NCBI GenBank assembly: GCA_951406725.2
Contig: OX597841.1
Span: 6,262,001 to 6,326,000 of the forward strand
DNA length: 64,000 nt
From: Octopus vulgaris
Lineage: Eukaryota
Direction: 5' to 3'
In this document: piece after piece, positions 1-12,650 of the stretch
Numbering within the stretch: the stretch's first letter is position 1
Layout of the letters: every line of letters begins with the position of its first letter
Position numbers and translations under genes: made by a program
The notes under the pieces: generated by a model
The model's input: the letters and a program-made list of their open reading frames with translations, nothing else
Databases searched by the model: none
What the model was told of the DNA's origin: nothing

Positions 1-125
1 AGAAGGTAAGAATCGTTTTCTCATTGTAGTTGCAATTGCGAGGCTGAAAGGGTTAGGGTCGGGCAATTTCATCTCTGGCCCTGAATTGGTGAATTACTTC
101 ACCTTTCACCTTCAAAGGAAAATAG

Positions 126-226
126 GGCGATCCTTCGGTACAGGTACCGTAAGTACAGGAAGTGGCTTTGTTTACATATCTGAAGATAACAGAAACCCTT
201 TTCTCCCACCCCTAACCCTAACCCCC

Positions 227-277
<51 letters not shown>

Positions 278-826
278 CACTTTCTTGAAATGTATACGGT
301 ACTTTCGGTACCTATACCGAAGGATCGCCTTATTTGCTCTTTTACTTGTTTCAGTAATTTATTATGTTATTATAGTATTGCTCTTTTACTCTTTTACTTG
401 TTTCAGTCATCTGACTGCGGCCATGCTGGAGCACCGCCTTTAATCGAGCAACTCGACCCCGGTACTTATTCTTTTGTAAGCCCAGTACTTATTCTATCGG
501 TCTCTTTTGCCGAACCGCTAAGTAACGGAGACATAAACACACCAGCATCGATTGTCAAGCAATGCTAGGGGGGACAAACACACACACATATATATATATA
601 TATACATATATACGACGGGCTTCTTTGAGTTTCCGTCTACCAAATCCACTCACAAGGCTTTGGTCGGCCTGAGGTTATAGTAGAAGACACTTGCCCAAGG
701 TGCCACGCAGTGGGACTGAACCCGGAGCCATGTGACTGGTAAGCAAGCTACTTACCACACAATATATAAAAAAACACTTTCTTGAAATGTATCCGGTACT
801 TTCGGTACCTATACCGAAGTTACGCC
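126..826. mobile_element. Non-autonomous DNA transposon (MITE), GG-ended TIRs, 8-bp TSD; contains a duplicated right end and a SINE
   Basis: GGCGATCCTTCGGTACAGGTACCG at 126 is inverted to ~300-329 and ~797-826; GAAAATAG at 118-125 and 827-834. Confidence 0.7.
381..761 (-). mobile_element. tRNA-derived SINE family A (CORE-like segment, internal (TA)n/(TG)n, GTAAAAGA tail)
   Basis: Reverse complement of the ~400-bp element repeated >12 times in the window. Confidence 0.85.
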
Positions 827-1298
827 GAAAATAGGGCTAGAGAGAAAATGCCTGAATGTGAAAATGTTTGAAGATCGATGGAAGAATGTAACACGGATGT
901 TGCGTGTGGGTGGAACCTCATGAATGCGACACAGGATGTAACTCGGGTATCAGTGGCGAGGCGGGACTCGTGGGGTCCGAATTAACCCTCCATCCGTAAT
1001 CTCTTCCAGTCTGTCTTATCGTTCGATTTCATTATATTTTCGTATTTGTGTGAAATTTTTAATGTCATCTTTTTGTATAATCATTCGTTCATCTGACCCC
1101 AAAATCAGATTGTATTGGCCCCTTGTGGGTAATAAAAAAAAATCTGGCTTTAGATCATTAATTGGTTGTTCCCTATTTTACAGGACAGGGGAAATGACCT
1201 AATCAACAGTGACTTAATCAAGGAACTTTCCTCATCCGTCTTCACTTTTCAAATTCGCAGACATTTGTCAGCTTTTTAAGAATTGCTCAGAAATTAAT

Positions 1299-2741
1299 AT
1301 GGAGAACGTTAATCATTTGGACATTTTTACCACAACTGTTTTTAACAATATGGATAAAGTTAGAATGAAGGTCGGAGGTGAGAAAGATGAAGACAAAAAT
1401 GTTCCTGAATATCACAGCGAGATTTGTCGGAAGGCATTCCCTGTCGAACGCAAAGACTTCACACACAAAGAAGTACATAGTAAGGAAAACTTGTTTCATT
1501 GTGAAATATGTGAGAAACCCTTTCTTAGAAACACCAGTCTTGTGGATCACGAATGTAGTCACGTCGGTGAAAAACGTTTTGACTGTGCAATTTGTGAGAA
1601 ACCCTTTCTTAGAAACACCAGTCTTGTGGATCACGAATGTAGTCACGTCGGTGAAAAACGTTTTGACTGTGAAATTTTTGAGAAATCTTTCGCTCGGGAT
1701 GCTTATCTTGTTCACAGCCGTTGTCACACCGGAAGAAAATCATCCCAGTGCGAAAAGTGTGACAAATCTTTTGACCCAAACAGAGATTTAACAACAACGC
1801 ACGTGAAAATATGCAATGAAGAAAAGCTATTCCAATGTGAAATATGTGAAAAAATTTTTGGCTCTAGTAGCATCCTGGCAACGCACATACGAATACACAC
1901 TGGTGAAAAACCGTTCCATTGTGAAATCTGTGGGAAATGTTTTGCTTATAAGCAACAACTTACGACACACAGTAGTCTACACACTGGGGAAAAACCTGAA
2001 TGTGAAATATGTGGCAAATCTTTCTCTCGAAATGCTTATCTTATTGTTCATAAACGAAGCCACACCGGAGAAAGACCATTCCAGTGTGAAATGTGTGATA
2101 AATCTTTTGTTTCCAGTAGTTTGTTAACAACACACAAAAGGGTACACACTGGGGAAAAGCCATTCCGATGTGAAGTATGTGAGAAATTTTTTGGTTCTTG
2201 TAGCGTCCTATCAAGACATAGAAAAGTACACAGTGGGGAAAAACCGTTTAGATGTGAAATCTGTGGGAAAGGTTTTGCCTATAATTGTGACTTAAACAGA
2301 CACGTAAGAGTCCATACAGGAGAGAGACCATTCCATTGTGAAACTTGTGGTAAATCTTTCTCTGACAATTCTAGTCTTGCAAGCCACAGAAGTATGCACA
2401 CCGGGATAAAACAGAATAACTGTGAGACATGTGGTAAATCTTTTCTTCATAAATCTCATCTTACAGTTCACAGACGCAGTCATACGGGAGAAAAGCCATT
2501 CCGGTGTGAGACATGTGGGAATTCTTTTGCTTCCGGTTACGTCCTGAAGCAACACAAACGGTCCCATACGGGAGAAAGACCATTCCATTGTGAAACATGT
2601 AGGAAATCATTCACTCAGAATTCTCATCTAATTGAGCACAAACGTCGACACACGGGAGAAAAACCATTCCAATGTGAAGTATGTGAGAAATATTTTGTGT
2701 CTTCTAGTAAATTAAAGAATCACAAAAGGATTCATTCTTGA
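1299..2741 (+). CDS. C2H2 (Kruppel-type) zinc-finger protein, ~14 intact plus 2 degenerate fingers, single coding exon
   Basis: 480-aa ORF with repeated CxxC-x12-HxxxH and TGEKP/TGERP linkers; candidate splice acceptor TTTACAG at ~1177-1183; AATAAA at the stop. Confidence 0.95.
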   Translation: MENVNHLDIFTTTVFNNMDKVRMKVGGEKDEDKNVPEYHSEICRKAFPVERKDFTHKEVHSKENLFHCEICEKPFLRNTSLVDHECSHVGEKRFDCAICEKPFLRNTSLVDHECSHVGEKRFDCEIFEKSFARDAYLVHSRCHTGRKSSQCEKCDKSFDPNRDLTTTHVKICNEEKLFQCEICEKIFGSSSILATHIRIHTGEKPFHCEICGKCFAYKQQLTTHSSLHTGEKPECEICGKSFSRNAYLIVHKRSHTGERPFQCEMCDKSFVSSSLLTTHKRVHTGEKPFRCEVCEKFFGSCSVLSRHRKVHSGEKPFRCEICGKGFAYNCDLNRHVRVHTGERPFHCETCGKSFSDNSSLASHRSMHTGIKQNNCETCGKSFLHKSHLTVHRRSHTGEKPFRCETCGNSFASGYVLKQHKRSHTGERPFHCETCRKSFTQNSHLIEHKRRHTGEKPFQCEVCEKYFVSSSKLKNHKRIHS

Positions 2742-2819
2742 ATAAAAATATTGGACTGTGAAAGATGTAAATCCTTTCCCTTGGAAAACACTTCGTTTTA
2801 TTTGTCATTTTATTTCTTA

Positions 2820-3413
2820 TCGCCCGGCGTTGCTCGGGTTTGTAAGGGAAATAACTATATAAGCATTTTTAGAGAGTTATAGCCAAAAAATAGCAAAAAA
2901 AATGCATTAAAAATGGAAAAAAAATGATGGTAAATTTTTTTTAAATCGTTGACTCATCGTAGACATTTTTAGAGAGTTACTTCCCTTATATAATAGCGAA
3001 AAAATGCATTAAAATGGAAAAAAATTATGGTAAATTTTTTTTAAAATCGTAGACTTATCGTAGACGCGCGCTAATACCCAGAAGTTATAGCCAAAAAAGC
3101 AAAAAAGTGCATTAAAAATGGAAAAAAAATGATGGTAAATTTTTAAAAAATTGTTGACTCATCATAGACATTTTTAGAGAGTTACTTCCCTTATATAATA
3201 GCGAAAAAATGCATTAAAATGGAAAAAAATTATGGTAAATTTTTTTTAAAATCGTAGACTCAATTAGACGCGCGCTAATACCCAGAAGGGCTCGATATGA
3301 ATCACGACTATAAGATACCCGCTTTTGGTTAAACTGCACCGCAAAATGTGGGAGTAGTTAGGAATCTAAATCGTAGGAGACAGACACAGAACCTTACTTT
3401 TATATATAAAGAT
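2820..3413 (-). mobile_element. Probable non-autonomous Helitron-like element with ~200-bp internal duplication
   Basis: Minus strand begins ATCTTTATATATAAAAG...TGTCTGTC and ends in a GC hairpin (CCCGAGCAACGCCGGG); ~2875-3085 is repeated at ~3085-3287. Confidence 0.55.
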
Positions 3414-3853
3414 ATAAAATATTTATGTATTTTGAAATTAAAATCTTCTAACTACAATTTTTGTTAGATTATATATTTTAGTCACTTGATGTGTTTTTTT
3501 CCAGAAACAATTCACCACAGAAAACATTTTATTAAAGTGTGACCCCCCCCTTGCATTCTCTACTCATTTACTACCAAACAAGTCACTGCCCTTATCAGTT
3601 CCCTTCAAATCCAAGTTGTGGTGGGGTGTACTTCACAGAAACTCTGCCAGATCAAGATTGGAGTCTGGTGCAGCCATCTGGATCGCCAGTCCTCAGTCAA
3701 AATCGTCCAACCCATGCCAGCATGGAAGGCAGACGTTAAATGATGATGATGATGATACACATATATATATATATATATATATTTACACCGGAGTAAACAC
3801 ATAAATGTGAAACAAGGTGGAAAAAAGAGTACTCGAATACCAATGGTAGAGTA

Positions 3854-4072
3854 ATATGCTTTATTTAAAGCAGCAGAAAATTCAACAAAACCTGTTTCTC
3901 TGAGTTTCCCGTAGCCGTTCGCCAGACAGTTTTTGCAAGAAAAAACTGTCTTATCTGTGATATCTAAGACAAGAAGAAACTTTTTTCTAGCAAAAACTGT
4001 CCGACGAACGGCAACGGGAAACTCAGAGTAACAGGTTTTGTTGAATTTTCTGCTGCTTTAAATAAAGTATAT
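3854..4072. repeat. Fold-back inverted repeat (~100-bp arms), probably a Penelope-like element remnant with hammerhead-like motif
   Basis: 3854-3955 is the near-perfect reverse complement of 3981-4072. Confidence 0.8.
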
Positions 4073-4139
4073 ATATTTACATACATAAATAAATATATAT
4101 ATACATTACATACATATATAAATATATATACCTACATAC

Positions 4140-4189
<50 letters not shown>

Positions 4190-4399
4190 ACACATACATA
4201 TACATATAGATATATACATATATATATTTATACATATATATATATATATATATACACACACAAACACACACACACACACACACTTACATATACCTCGGGC
4301 AGGAGTCTTCAGCAATAGCCTCAGCCCGACCAAAGCCTTGTGAGTGTATTTGGTACACGGAAACTGAGAGAAGCTCTTCACACACACACACACACACAC

Positions 4400-4445
<46 letters not shown>

Positions 4446-5479
4446 AGACACCTGCAAAAGAAGAAATAAAGATAGACTTTTTTTCTATTCCAAAGGAAAA
4501 CGATTTTATTCAAACAAATATGCAACCAAAGAGTTTAATGTACCAGTAATGATAAGGCTGTTAAGACTGCGTGCGCAACAGCTGATGTACTTGCGCATAC
4601 AAATGCACGTTCCCACGGCTTTATTAATCGCATTCTCACCTGAAATCGATTTTTGTAATTTCTTCAAGACTTATACACGCCCTGATACCGTCGGTATCTA
4701 CATATCAAATTTGAATGCAATCGGATGGAGGATGCCCGAGATCCTAGAAGACACACAGACAGACAGAACGGATTTTATATAATAGATAATTATAACAATA
4801 ATACACATATATACATTTCTGGGATCTTTTCGGTTTGAACGGCAGTTTTTAAAAATAATTTCCACGTAACTAAACACTTTTAAACTTCTTGCACATCACA
4901 TTTGATGATTTTTCTGGGGTCGATATATTCAACTAAAAATGGCCGCAGTCTAATGACTGAAACAAGTAAAAGGTGGAAAAACGAAAAAAAACCCGCAAAA
5001 ATGATTGGAAAATATAACTGTGGGGTTTATGTCTACTTTCACGCTTTAGCTGTGGGTCTTGTTTTCGGAAAATATAACTGTGAGGTTTATGTCTACTTTC
5101 ACACTTTAACTGTGGGTCTTTTGTCCGTGGGCCTTGTTTTTGGAAAATATAACTGTGGGGTTTATGTCTACTTTCACACTTTAACTGTGGGTCTTTTGTC
5201 CATGGGCCTTTTTTTTTTTCAATGTCCTACACTCAATCATTTTCTGAATCCATTTTTCATCCATTGAAATCCTTACTCAAATTAGCTCAGTACTTGCATA
5301 CAATCATTGTGTTTTTTTTCCTTCTTTTCTGCCCCTTTCGTTTGTTTGTCCACGCTAAGATGAGTTAAATCACTGGTTTTTAACCGGGGCCCATTGGTTT
5401 TTAATTGGGTATCCACAGCAGTAATCATAAAAATTTTGCTTCAGACGCATTTATTGTCAGAAACAGGTATGAGGTTTCA

Positions 5480-5900
5480 TCATCATCATCATCGTTTAGC
5501 GTCCGCTTTCCATGCTAGCATGGGTTGGACGGTTCTACTGGGGTCTGGGGAGCCAGAAGGCTTCATCAGGCCCAGTCAAATCTGGCAGTGTTTCTACGGC
5601 TGGATGCCGTTCCTAACGCCAACCACTCCGTGAGTGTAGTGGGTGATTTTTACGTGCCACCCGCACAGGTGCCAGGCAGAGCTGGCAAACGGACACGAAC
5701 GGATGGTGCTTTTTACGTGCCACCGGCACGAGGGCCAGGCGAGGCTGGCAACGGCCACGAACGGATGGTGCTTTTTACGTGCCACCGGCACGAGGCCAGT
5801 TGGGGCGGCGCTGGCAACGGTCGCAAAACGGAAGGTTCTCTTACATGCCACCAGCACTGGTAACACATCTGCAATTTCCATTGATCGATTTCGATTCTGA
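5480..5900 (-). mobile_element. SINE-like element with (GAT)n tail and internal ~60-bp GC-rich tandem repeats
   Basis: CATCATCATCGTTTA.CGTC.GC..TCCATGCT.GCATGGGTTGG end shared with ~3640-3755, ~8872-8930 and ~21355-21440. Confidence 0.6.
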
Positions 5901-6082
5901 TCCTGATGTTTGTTCAACATTTTACCTAGTTCAACCTATACACGTTAATGTGTGAAAAACAGAATAGAAATTTTGAAAGAAGTATCTATAAAATTAGCTT
6001 TTCAACAGCAAATGGCTGTGGAGGCCACAAAAATAAAATAGTAATCAAAAAGGTCCATTGAAAAGAAATGCTTGAGAACCCC

Positions 6083-6440
6083 TCATCATTGTTCGACCGT
6101 GGTCGAGACAATGGAATTTACCATGCTACACCAGACTTCACGGTCCATCATGGCATTACAGAGGTCCTGTTGCTGGATGCTTGTATCCCTGGAGATTACA
6201 TCAGGGTAGGAGAGTGTGCGCCTTCTGGTATTGCGAGTAGATGGCTTCCAGAGGAGAAGAGTAGAAATTACCTCTTTTTCAGCTCTACAACAATGTCCAG
6301 CAAACTGGACTCTCTTACCTTTCACAAGAGATGACACAGGTGGTAGTTTCCCATATATTTGCATTTTGGTTGGATGGCGCTTCCACGAGAGATTTTGAGC
6401 TCTCATAAGGAGGCAAGTGTAGGTTCCATCCAACCACCTC
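6083..6440 (-). mobile_element. 3' end of an RTE-clade LINE
   Basis: Translation KRVQFAGHCCR...LLWKP...AMMDREVW resembles the RTE ORF C-terminus; short (GAT) tail. Confidence 0.7.
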
Positions 6441-6798
6441 TCAAGCTTCTTTGAACCCCTAGGTTAGACGAATATCGTATTAGGGTCATTGCGTGACATC
6501 CAGTTGATAACTCTCGCCCTTGTTATTCAATTAAGGGATCCCTTATTTTACACGCCTTTCGTAGTGGATCATCCAAGTGGATGGTTTGTTGATAGAAGAG
6601 GCAGCAACCCTGCTCACTGTAAGCGACTTTCATAACGTTTAAATGTAAACGTACAAACACAAACTTTCGTTTCTGTTTAATATTTTTATCTTCAAGTTCT
6701 TACGGTTGAGTCAAATATAAGCAGATACAAAGGTGGGTCTATGGTTTTAGTTCTTTCTATTACATTTTTTTTTTGTTTTGTGGATTATTTGTTTAAAA

Positions 6799-7194
6799 TG
6801 AGTGGCTGTGTGGTAAGTAGCTTGCTAACCACCATATAGTTCCGGGTTCAGTCCCACTGCATGGCATCTTGGGCAAGTGTCTTCTGCTATAGCCCCGGGC
6901 CGACCAATGCCTTGTGAGTGGATTTGGTAGACAGAAACTGAAAGAAGCCTGTCGTATATATGTATATATATGTATGTTTGTGTGTCTGTGTTTGTCCCCT
7001 TGCATTACTTGACAACCGATGCTGGTGTGTTTATGTCCCCGTCACCTAGCGGTTCAGCAAAAGAGACGATAGAATAAGTACTGGGCTTACAAAGAATAAG
7101 TCCCGGGGTCGATTTGCTCGACTAAAGGCGGTGCTCCAGCATGGCCGCAGTCAAATGACTGAAACAAGTAAAAGAGTAAAAGAGAGTAAAGAGT
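6799..7194 (+). mobile_element. SINE family A
   Basis: Head GAGTGGCTGTGTGGTAAG...GGTTCAGTCCC (A/B-box like); tail GTAAAAGA repeats. Confidence 0.85.
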
Positions 7195-7882
7195 ATTTTA
7201 TGATTGCATCGGGGGAATCTATTTTCCAGTTAAGACAGAATCGTGTGATTTGAAGGAGACTTGGCTGTCATTTCTGCAAGATCTAAAGACCACGCAGAGA
7301 CTCTTTCCTTCGTACCTAATGATTATTGTGCTTAGTGATGTTGGATACAATTAGAATTGTAAATTAATATAATTGAAGTTATTTCTGCTTTATATTATGT
7401 TGGGGATTTTTAATACATGTCACCGGTTTCATTCAAACGGAAGAAAATTTATCAACAACATCGTCTACTGTGTTTGTTTCTTGAATTATTTGAGCTAAAT
7501 CTAATTATATCGTATGTAGTAATTATCTCAAATTAAGGTGAACGTTAATATTTGTGGATAAGACGAACAAGTTTGATGGTCGTGATTAAGTATTTAATAT
7601 AATCACATTTTTACATCGTTAATTGGTTTTTCCCTAATTTACAGAAAAGGAAGAAATGGCTTTTAATTAACAACAAATCAATCAGCGAACTTTCTTCAAC
7701 CTTCTCCACACTTCATTTGGACTTTATACCAAACATTCTACTGGTGAGTAGGAAATACATCTACATTGCATCTGTTCCACACTTGTAAACGGAGGACTGT
7801 GATATCTAAGACAAGAAATTGAACCATAACAGATTAACGCACGGACGTTTGTCTACTTTTTAAGAATTCCTCAAGAATTCAT

Positions 7883-8836
7883 ATGGAGAACGTTGATCAC
7901 TTGGACATTTCAAACACAACTGTTTTTAAGAACGGAGATGCAGTAAGAATGGCAGACAGAGATGAGGAAGCTGAAGATAAAAGTGTTGCTGAATATCGCT
8001 GTGAGATTTGTAGGAAGAAATTCTCTTCAGAAGATGAAGTCTTCTCGCACAAAGAAATACACAAGAAGAAGAAGAAACGGTTCCGTTGTGAAATCTGTGA
8101 GAAATCATTTAGTGCTAAAGCTTATCTTTTGATTCACAAACGTAGTCACACAGGAGAAAAACCAATCCATGGGAAATGTTTTGTTTCCAACGGAGATTTA
8201 AAAAGACACAAAAGGATGCACTCGGGGGCAAAACCTTACAGCTGTGAAGTATGTGGGAAAATTTTCAGTCAAAATTCTAATCTTGTTGTTCATAAACGGA
8301 GTCACACAGGAGAAAAACCATTCGAGTGTGAAATGTGTGGGAAATCTTTTGTTTCCAACGGAGATTTAAAAAGACACAGAAAAATCCACACGGGGGAAAA
8401 ACCGTTCCACTGTGAAGTATGTGGGAAAACTTTCAGTCAAAATTCAAATCTTGTTGTTCATAAACGGAGTCACACAGGAGAAAAACCATTCGAGTGTGAA
8501 ATATGTGATAAATCTTTTGTTTCTAGTACTGTCCTAACAACACACAGGCGAATACATACGGGTGAGAAACCTTATCATTGTGGGATGTGTATGAAATCGT
8601 TCACCGATCATTCCAGTCTTGTATTCCACGAACGACAACACACGGGGGAGAAGCCTTATCCTTGTGAAATATGTGAGACCCTGTTTATGTGTAGCAGTGA
8701 CTTAACAAAACACATAAGAATTCACACGGGAGAAAAGCTTTTCCACTGTGGAATATGCGGAAAATCTTTTACTCATAATTCTAGCCTGGTTAGCCACAAA
8801 CGAAGTCACATCACAGGTCGGAAAAGCTTGTTGTGA
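7883..8836 (+). CDS. C2H2 zinc-finger protein, ~9 intact plus 1 degenerate finger; paralogue of 1299..2741
   Basis: 317-aa ORF with TGEKP-linked fingers; N-terminus MENVDHLDISNTTVF vs MENVNHLDIFTTTVF; homologous acceptor TTTACAG at ~7638-7644. Confidence 0.95.
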   Translation: MENVDHLDISNTTVFKNGDAVRMADRDEEAEDKSVAEYRCEICRKKFSSEDEVFSHKEIHKKKKKRFRCEICEKSFSAKAYLLIHKRSHTGEKPIHGKCFVSNGDLKRHKRMHSGAKPYSCEVCGKIFSQNSNLVVHKRSHTGEKPFECEMCGKSFVSNGDLKRHRKIHTGEKPFHCEVCGKTFSQNSNLVVHKRSHTGEKPFECEICDKSFVSSTVLTTHRRIHTGEKPYHCGMCMKSFTDHSSLVFHERQHTGEKPYPCEICETLFMCSSDLTKHIRIHTGEKLFHCGICGKSFTHNSSLVSHKRSHITGRKSLL

Positions 8837-8928
8837 AATGCACTGGAAGTCTTTTGTCTATTGTAATAACTCATCATCGTCATTTAACGTCGCTTTTTCT
8901 ATGCTGGCATGGGTTGGATGGTTTGACA

Positions 8929-9331
8929 GGCGGCGAGCTGGCAGAGTGGTTAGCACGCCGGGCAAAATGCTTAGCGGTATTTTGTCTGCCGTTACGTTCT
9001 GAGTTCAAATTCCGCCGAGGTCGACTTTGCCTTTCATCCTTTCGGGGTCGATAAATTAAGTACCAGTTATGCACTGGTGTCGATGTAATCAATTTAATCC
9101 GTTTGTCCCCTCTGTGTTTATCTCCTTGTGGGTAGTAAAGAAATAGGTATTTCGTCTGTCTTTATGTTCTGAGTTCAAATTCCGCCGAGGGCGACTTTAC
9201 CTTTCATCCTTTCGGGGTCGATAAATTAAGTACCAGTTATGCACTGATTTCGATATAATCGACTTAATCCGTCTGTCTGTCCTTGTTTGTCCTCTCTGTG
9301 TTTAGCCCTTTGTGGCTAATAAAGAAATAGG
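8929..9331 (+). mobile_element. tRNA-headed SINE family B, head plus 2 tandem bodies
   Basis: A box TGGCAGAGTGG, B box GTTCAAATTCC, body GAGGTCGACTTTGCCTTTCATCCTTTCGGGGTCG. Confidence 0.8.
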
Positions 9332-9576
9332 TTTGACAGGAGCTGGCAAGTCAGAAGACTCATGTCTGTTTGACAAGACTTCTATGGCTGGATGCCCTTC
9401 CTAATCCCAACCAACTTACAGAGGGTTGCTTTTTACATGGCATCAGCAGCAGTAACTTGCAGGACAAGACCCCCCCCATTGACTGTAGGAGTGTTGTATT
9501 GAGGGACAGATAAGGTATTCTACATTAAAAAATATATTCTAAAACAGTGCTTTTCACTTCTAAATATATTCTAAAA

Positions 9577-9855
9577 CAGTGCTTTTCAAACTTTTTGCTG
9601 GAGCGGAACCCCAAGGAAACATTGCACTGGCTCGAGGAACCCCTGTGCAATAATTTAATTGTCTTATGCACACATATCTGCACAGGAGAATTAAAAATTA
9701 CTGCCGATTTTAGCAGTTTTGTAACTTCTTGCGGAACCCCTGGACTATACTGTCAGAACACTAAGGTTCCACGGAACCCTGGTTGAAAACCACTGATATA
9801 TATATATATATATGACAAAAGAAGTCTCTACAGGATTCGATGAAGCCATATATTG

Positions 9856-9903
<48 letters not shown>

Positions 9904-10141
9904 ATGTGTATATTTAAAACACTATACAATATATATATATCAGTGCTTTTCAAACTTTTTGCTGGAGTGGAACCCCAAGGAAACATTCCACTGGCTCGAG
10001 GAACCCATGTGCAATATTTTAATTGTCTTATGCACACATATCTGCACAGGAGAATTAAAAATTACTGCCGATTTTAGCAGTTTTGTAACTTCTTGCGGAA
10101 CCCCTGGACTGTACTGGCGGAACCCTGGTTGAAAACCACTG
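9577..10141 (+). mobile_element. Composite of two hAT-like MITEs plus spacer
   Basis: TIR CAGTG(C/G)TTTTCAA on units 9577-9795 and 9941-10141; outer flanks TTCTAAAA / CTCTAAAA. Confidence 0.75.
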
Positions 10142-10760
10142 CTCTAAAATTACAAGGCCCAACTACTTCTAACAGGCACAAACGGAATTCTGATCGAAGC
10201 ACACCATTTAAACCCGTCATAACTTCTTTTTATTATTTTTTGATATTTTCGATTAAAACTCCGTGTGGACACAACTGAAAACCTGTAAAAAAAAATTAAG
10301 TAGCTATATCAAAACTGACCAATAATATTTATGTAATTTACCAAGGGCAAATGAAATGTCTGGAAAATAAAGATAACTTAAAACATTGTTCCATTTTTCG
10401 CATTTTAATTTTATTTTGGCAAATATTGAAGTTTTATACTTGTTTAATTCTGAAAATAAAGTGTATTTGATGGCATAAAAGATGCCAGTAATATCAAGGA
10501 AAAACTTTTCATTGCAGTAAAACAAGGGTCGACGAACCAGGGTAAATTGCCCCAAGTGGGGTCAAAATGAAATTTTTTGGGTTAACGAGGATTCATTAGA
10601 CGTAAGTAAAATTATATAAAAAACGTGTTCCTTGTTACGACAGAAAATTTTCTTCTGGCATGATGGGACAGTCAAAAAGTTTGGAAAGACTTCCGCCTGT
10701 CCTCACCCCTATTTTATCCCAAATTTGTTTATTTTTGCAATTATTTTTTTTTTGCCAACA

Positions 10761-11169
10761 GGCGCAGGAGTGGCTGTGTGGTAAGTAGCTTGCTAACCAG
10801 CCACATGGCTCCGGGTTCAGTCCCACTGCGTGGCATCTTGGGCAAGTGTCTTCTGCTATAGCCACAGGCCGACCAATGCCTTATGAGTGGATTTAGTAGA
10901 CGGAAACTGAAAGAAGCCTGTCGTATATATGTATATATATATGTGTGTGTGTGTGTGTGTATGTCTGTGTTTGTCCCCCTAGCATTGCTTGACAACCGAT
11001 GCTGGTGTGTTTACGTCCCCGTCACTTAGCGGTTCGGCAAAAGAGACCGATAGAATAAGTACTGGGCTTACAAAGAATAAGTCCCGGGGTCGATTTGCTC
11101 GACTAAAAAGGCGGTGCTCCAGCATGGCCGCAGTCAAATGACTGAAACAAGTAAAAGAGTAAAGAGAGT
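10761..11169 (+). mobile_element. SINE family A, full length
   Basis: GGCGCAGGAGTGGCTGTGTGG ... GAAACAAGTAAAAGAG. Confidence 0.85.
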
Positions 11170-11365
11170 AGGCTACTGGTGAAGTTGCTGCATATTAGAT
11201 CCGTTGTTATACTCATTACGAAGTGTTGTCTCACTCACAACACCTCTGTACATGACTTCAAACGGCTCTCACTCACACTCACACTCATACTCAAAAGTAC
11301 GCAAACACACACCTTAGTATTTATGTAAACACATCAACCCTCGCTTGCAGCATGGTTACGTCCTA

Positions 11366-11399
11366 TCACGTGACCCGAACTGACCAATGAAAATCCAAT
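11366..11399 (+). promoter_or_regulatory. Candidate promoter module: E-box TCACGTGAC plus two CCAAT boxes (second copy at 17098-17131)
   Basis: Motifs lie in a ~480-bp non-repeat block duplicated upstream of both Tc1-derived ORFs. Confidence 0.45.
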
Positions 11400-11752
11400 A
11401 AATCCACTTACCGTCCTCATTCCTCCATTAGACTTCTTCTATAATGTCGATCGCATCTTTCACGGTTTCATTTCTTTCCCCCTTTTTCATTCAACAACTA
11501 ATTAAATGGTAACACCCAGTTTAACGTAATTAGTTTCATACACGACTGACTTCTCTACAGTTCTCTACCAATTCCCACTGGCAGGGTATCTTTCAATTTA
11601 ACACTAGCACCAGCGACGACTAAAGGTATTTCTACACTTTAGTGCCCCACGAATTTGTTTTCGCGAAATGTTTTCAAATTTGTGTATTTGTAAATAACGC
11701 TTTGCAGAGATAATCTTTTGAGGTTGTAGATAACGTTTATGTTGATAATATT

Positions 11753-12650
11753 ACGTCTGCCGTTACGTTCTGAGTTGAAAATCCGCCGAGGTCGACTTTA
11801 CCTTTCATCCCTTCGGAGTCGATTATATAAGTATCAGTTACGCACTGGGGTCGATGAAATCGACTTAATCCCTTTGTCTGTCCTTGTTTGTCCCCTCTGT
11901 ATTTAGCCCCTTGTTGGTAGTAAAGAAATAGGTATTTTGTCTGCCGTTACGTTCTGAGTTCAAATTCCGGCGAGGTCGACTTTGCCTTTCATCCTTTCAG
12001 GGTCGATAAATTAAGTACCAGTTACGCACTGGGGTCGATGTAATCGACTTAATCCCTTTGTCTGTCCTTGTTTGTCCCCTCTATGTTTAGCCCCTTGTGG
12101 GTAGTAAAGAAATAGGTATTTCGTCTGCCGTTACGTTCTGAGTTCAAATTCCGGCGAGGTCGACTTTGCCTTTCATCCTTTCAGGGTCGATAAATTAAGT
12201 ACCAGTTACGCACTGGGGTCGATGTAATCGACTTAATCCCTTTGTCTGTCCTTGTTTGTCCCCTCTATGTTTAGCCCCTTGTGGGTAGTAAAGAAATAGG
12301 TATTTCGTCTGCCGTTACGTTCTGAGTTCAAATTCCGCCGAGGTCGACTTTGCCTTTCATCCTTTCCAGGTCGATTAAATATGTAACAGTTATGCACTGG
12401 GGTCGATATAATCGACTTAATCCCTTTGTCTGTCCTTGTTTGTCCCCTCTGTGTTTAGCCCCTTGTTGGTAGTAAAGAAATAGGTATTTCGTCTGCCGTT
12501 ACGTTCTGAGTTCAAATTCCGCCGAGGTCGACTTTGCTTTTCATCCTTTCAGGGTCGATAAATTAAGTACCAGTTACGCACTGGGGTCGATGTAATCGAC
12601 TTAATCCCTTTGTTTGTCCCCTCTATGTTTAGCCCCCTGTGGGCAATAAA
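11753..12650 (+). repeat. Tandem array of ~5 x 184-bp SINE family B bodies
   Basis: CTGCCGTTACGTTCTGAG recurs at 11941, 12125, 12309; absent from the paralogous block at ~17483. Confidence 0.9.

Noticed and set aside
1287-2588. Antisense and alternate-frame ORFs over zinc-finger and caspase genes
   Set aside because: Shadow ORFs with no recognisable motifs.
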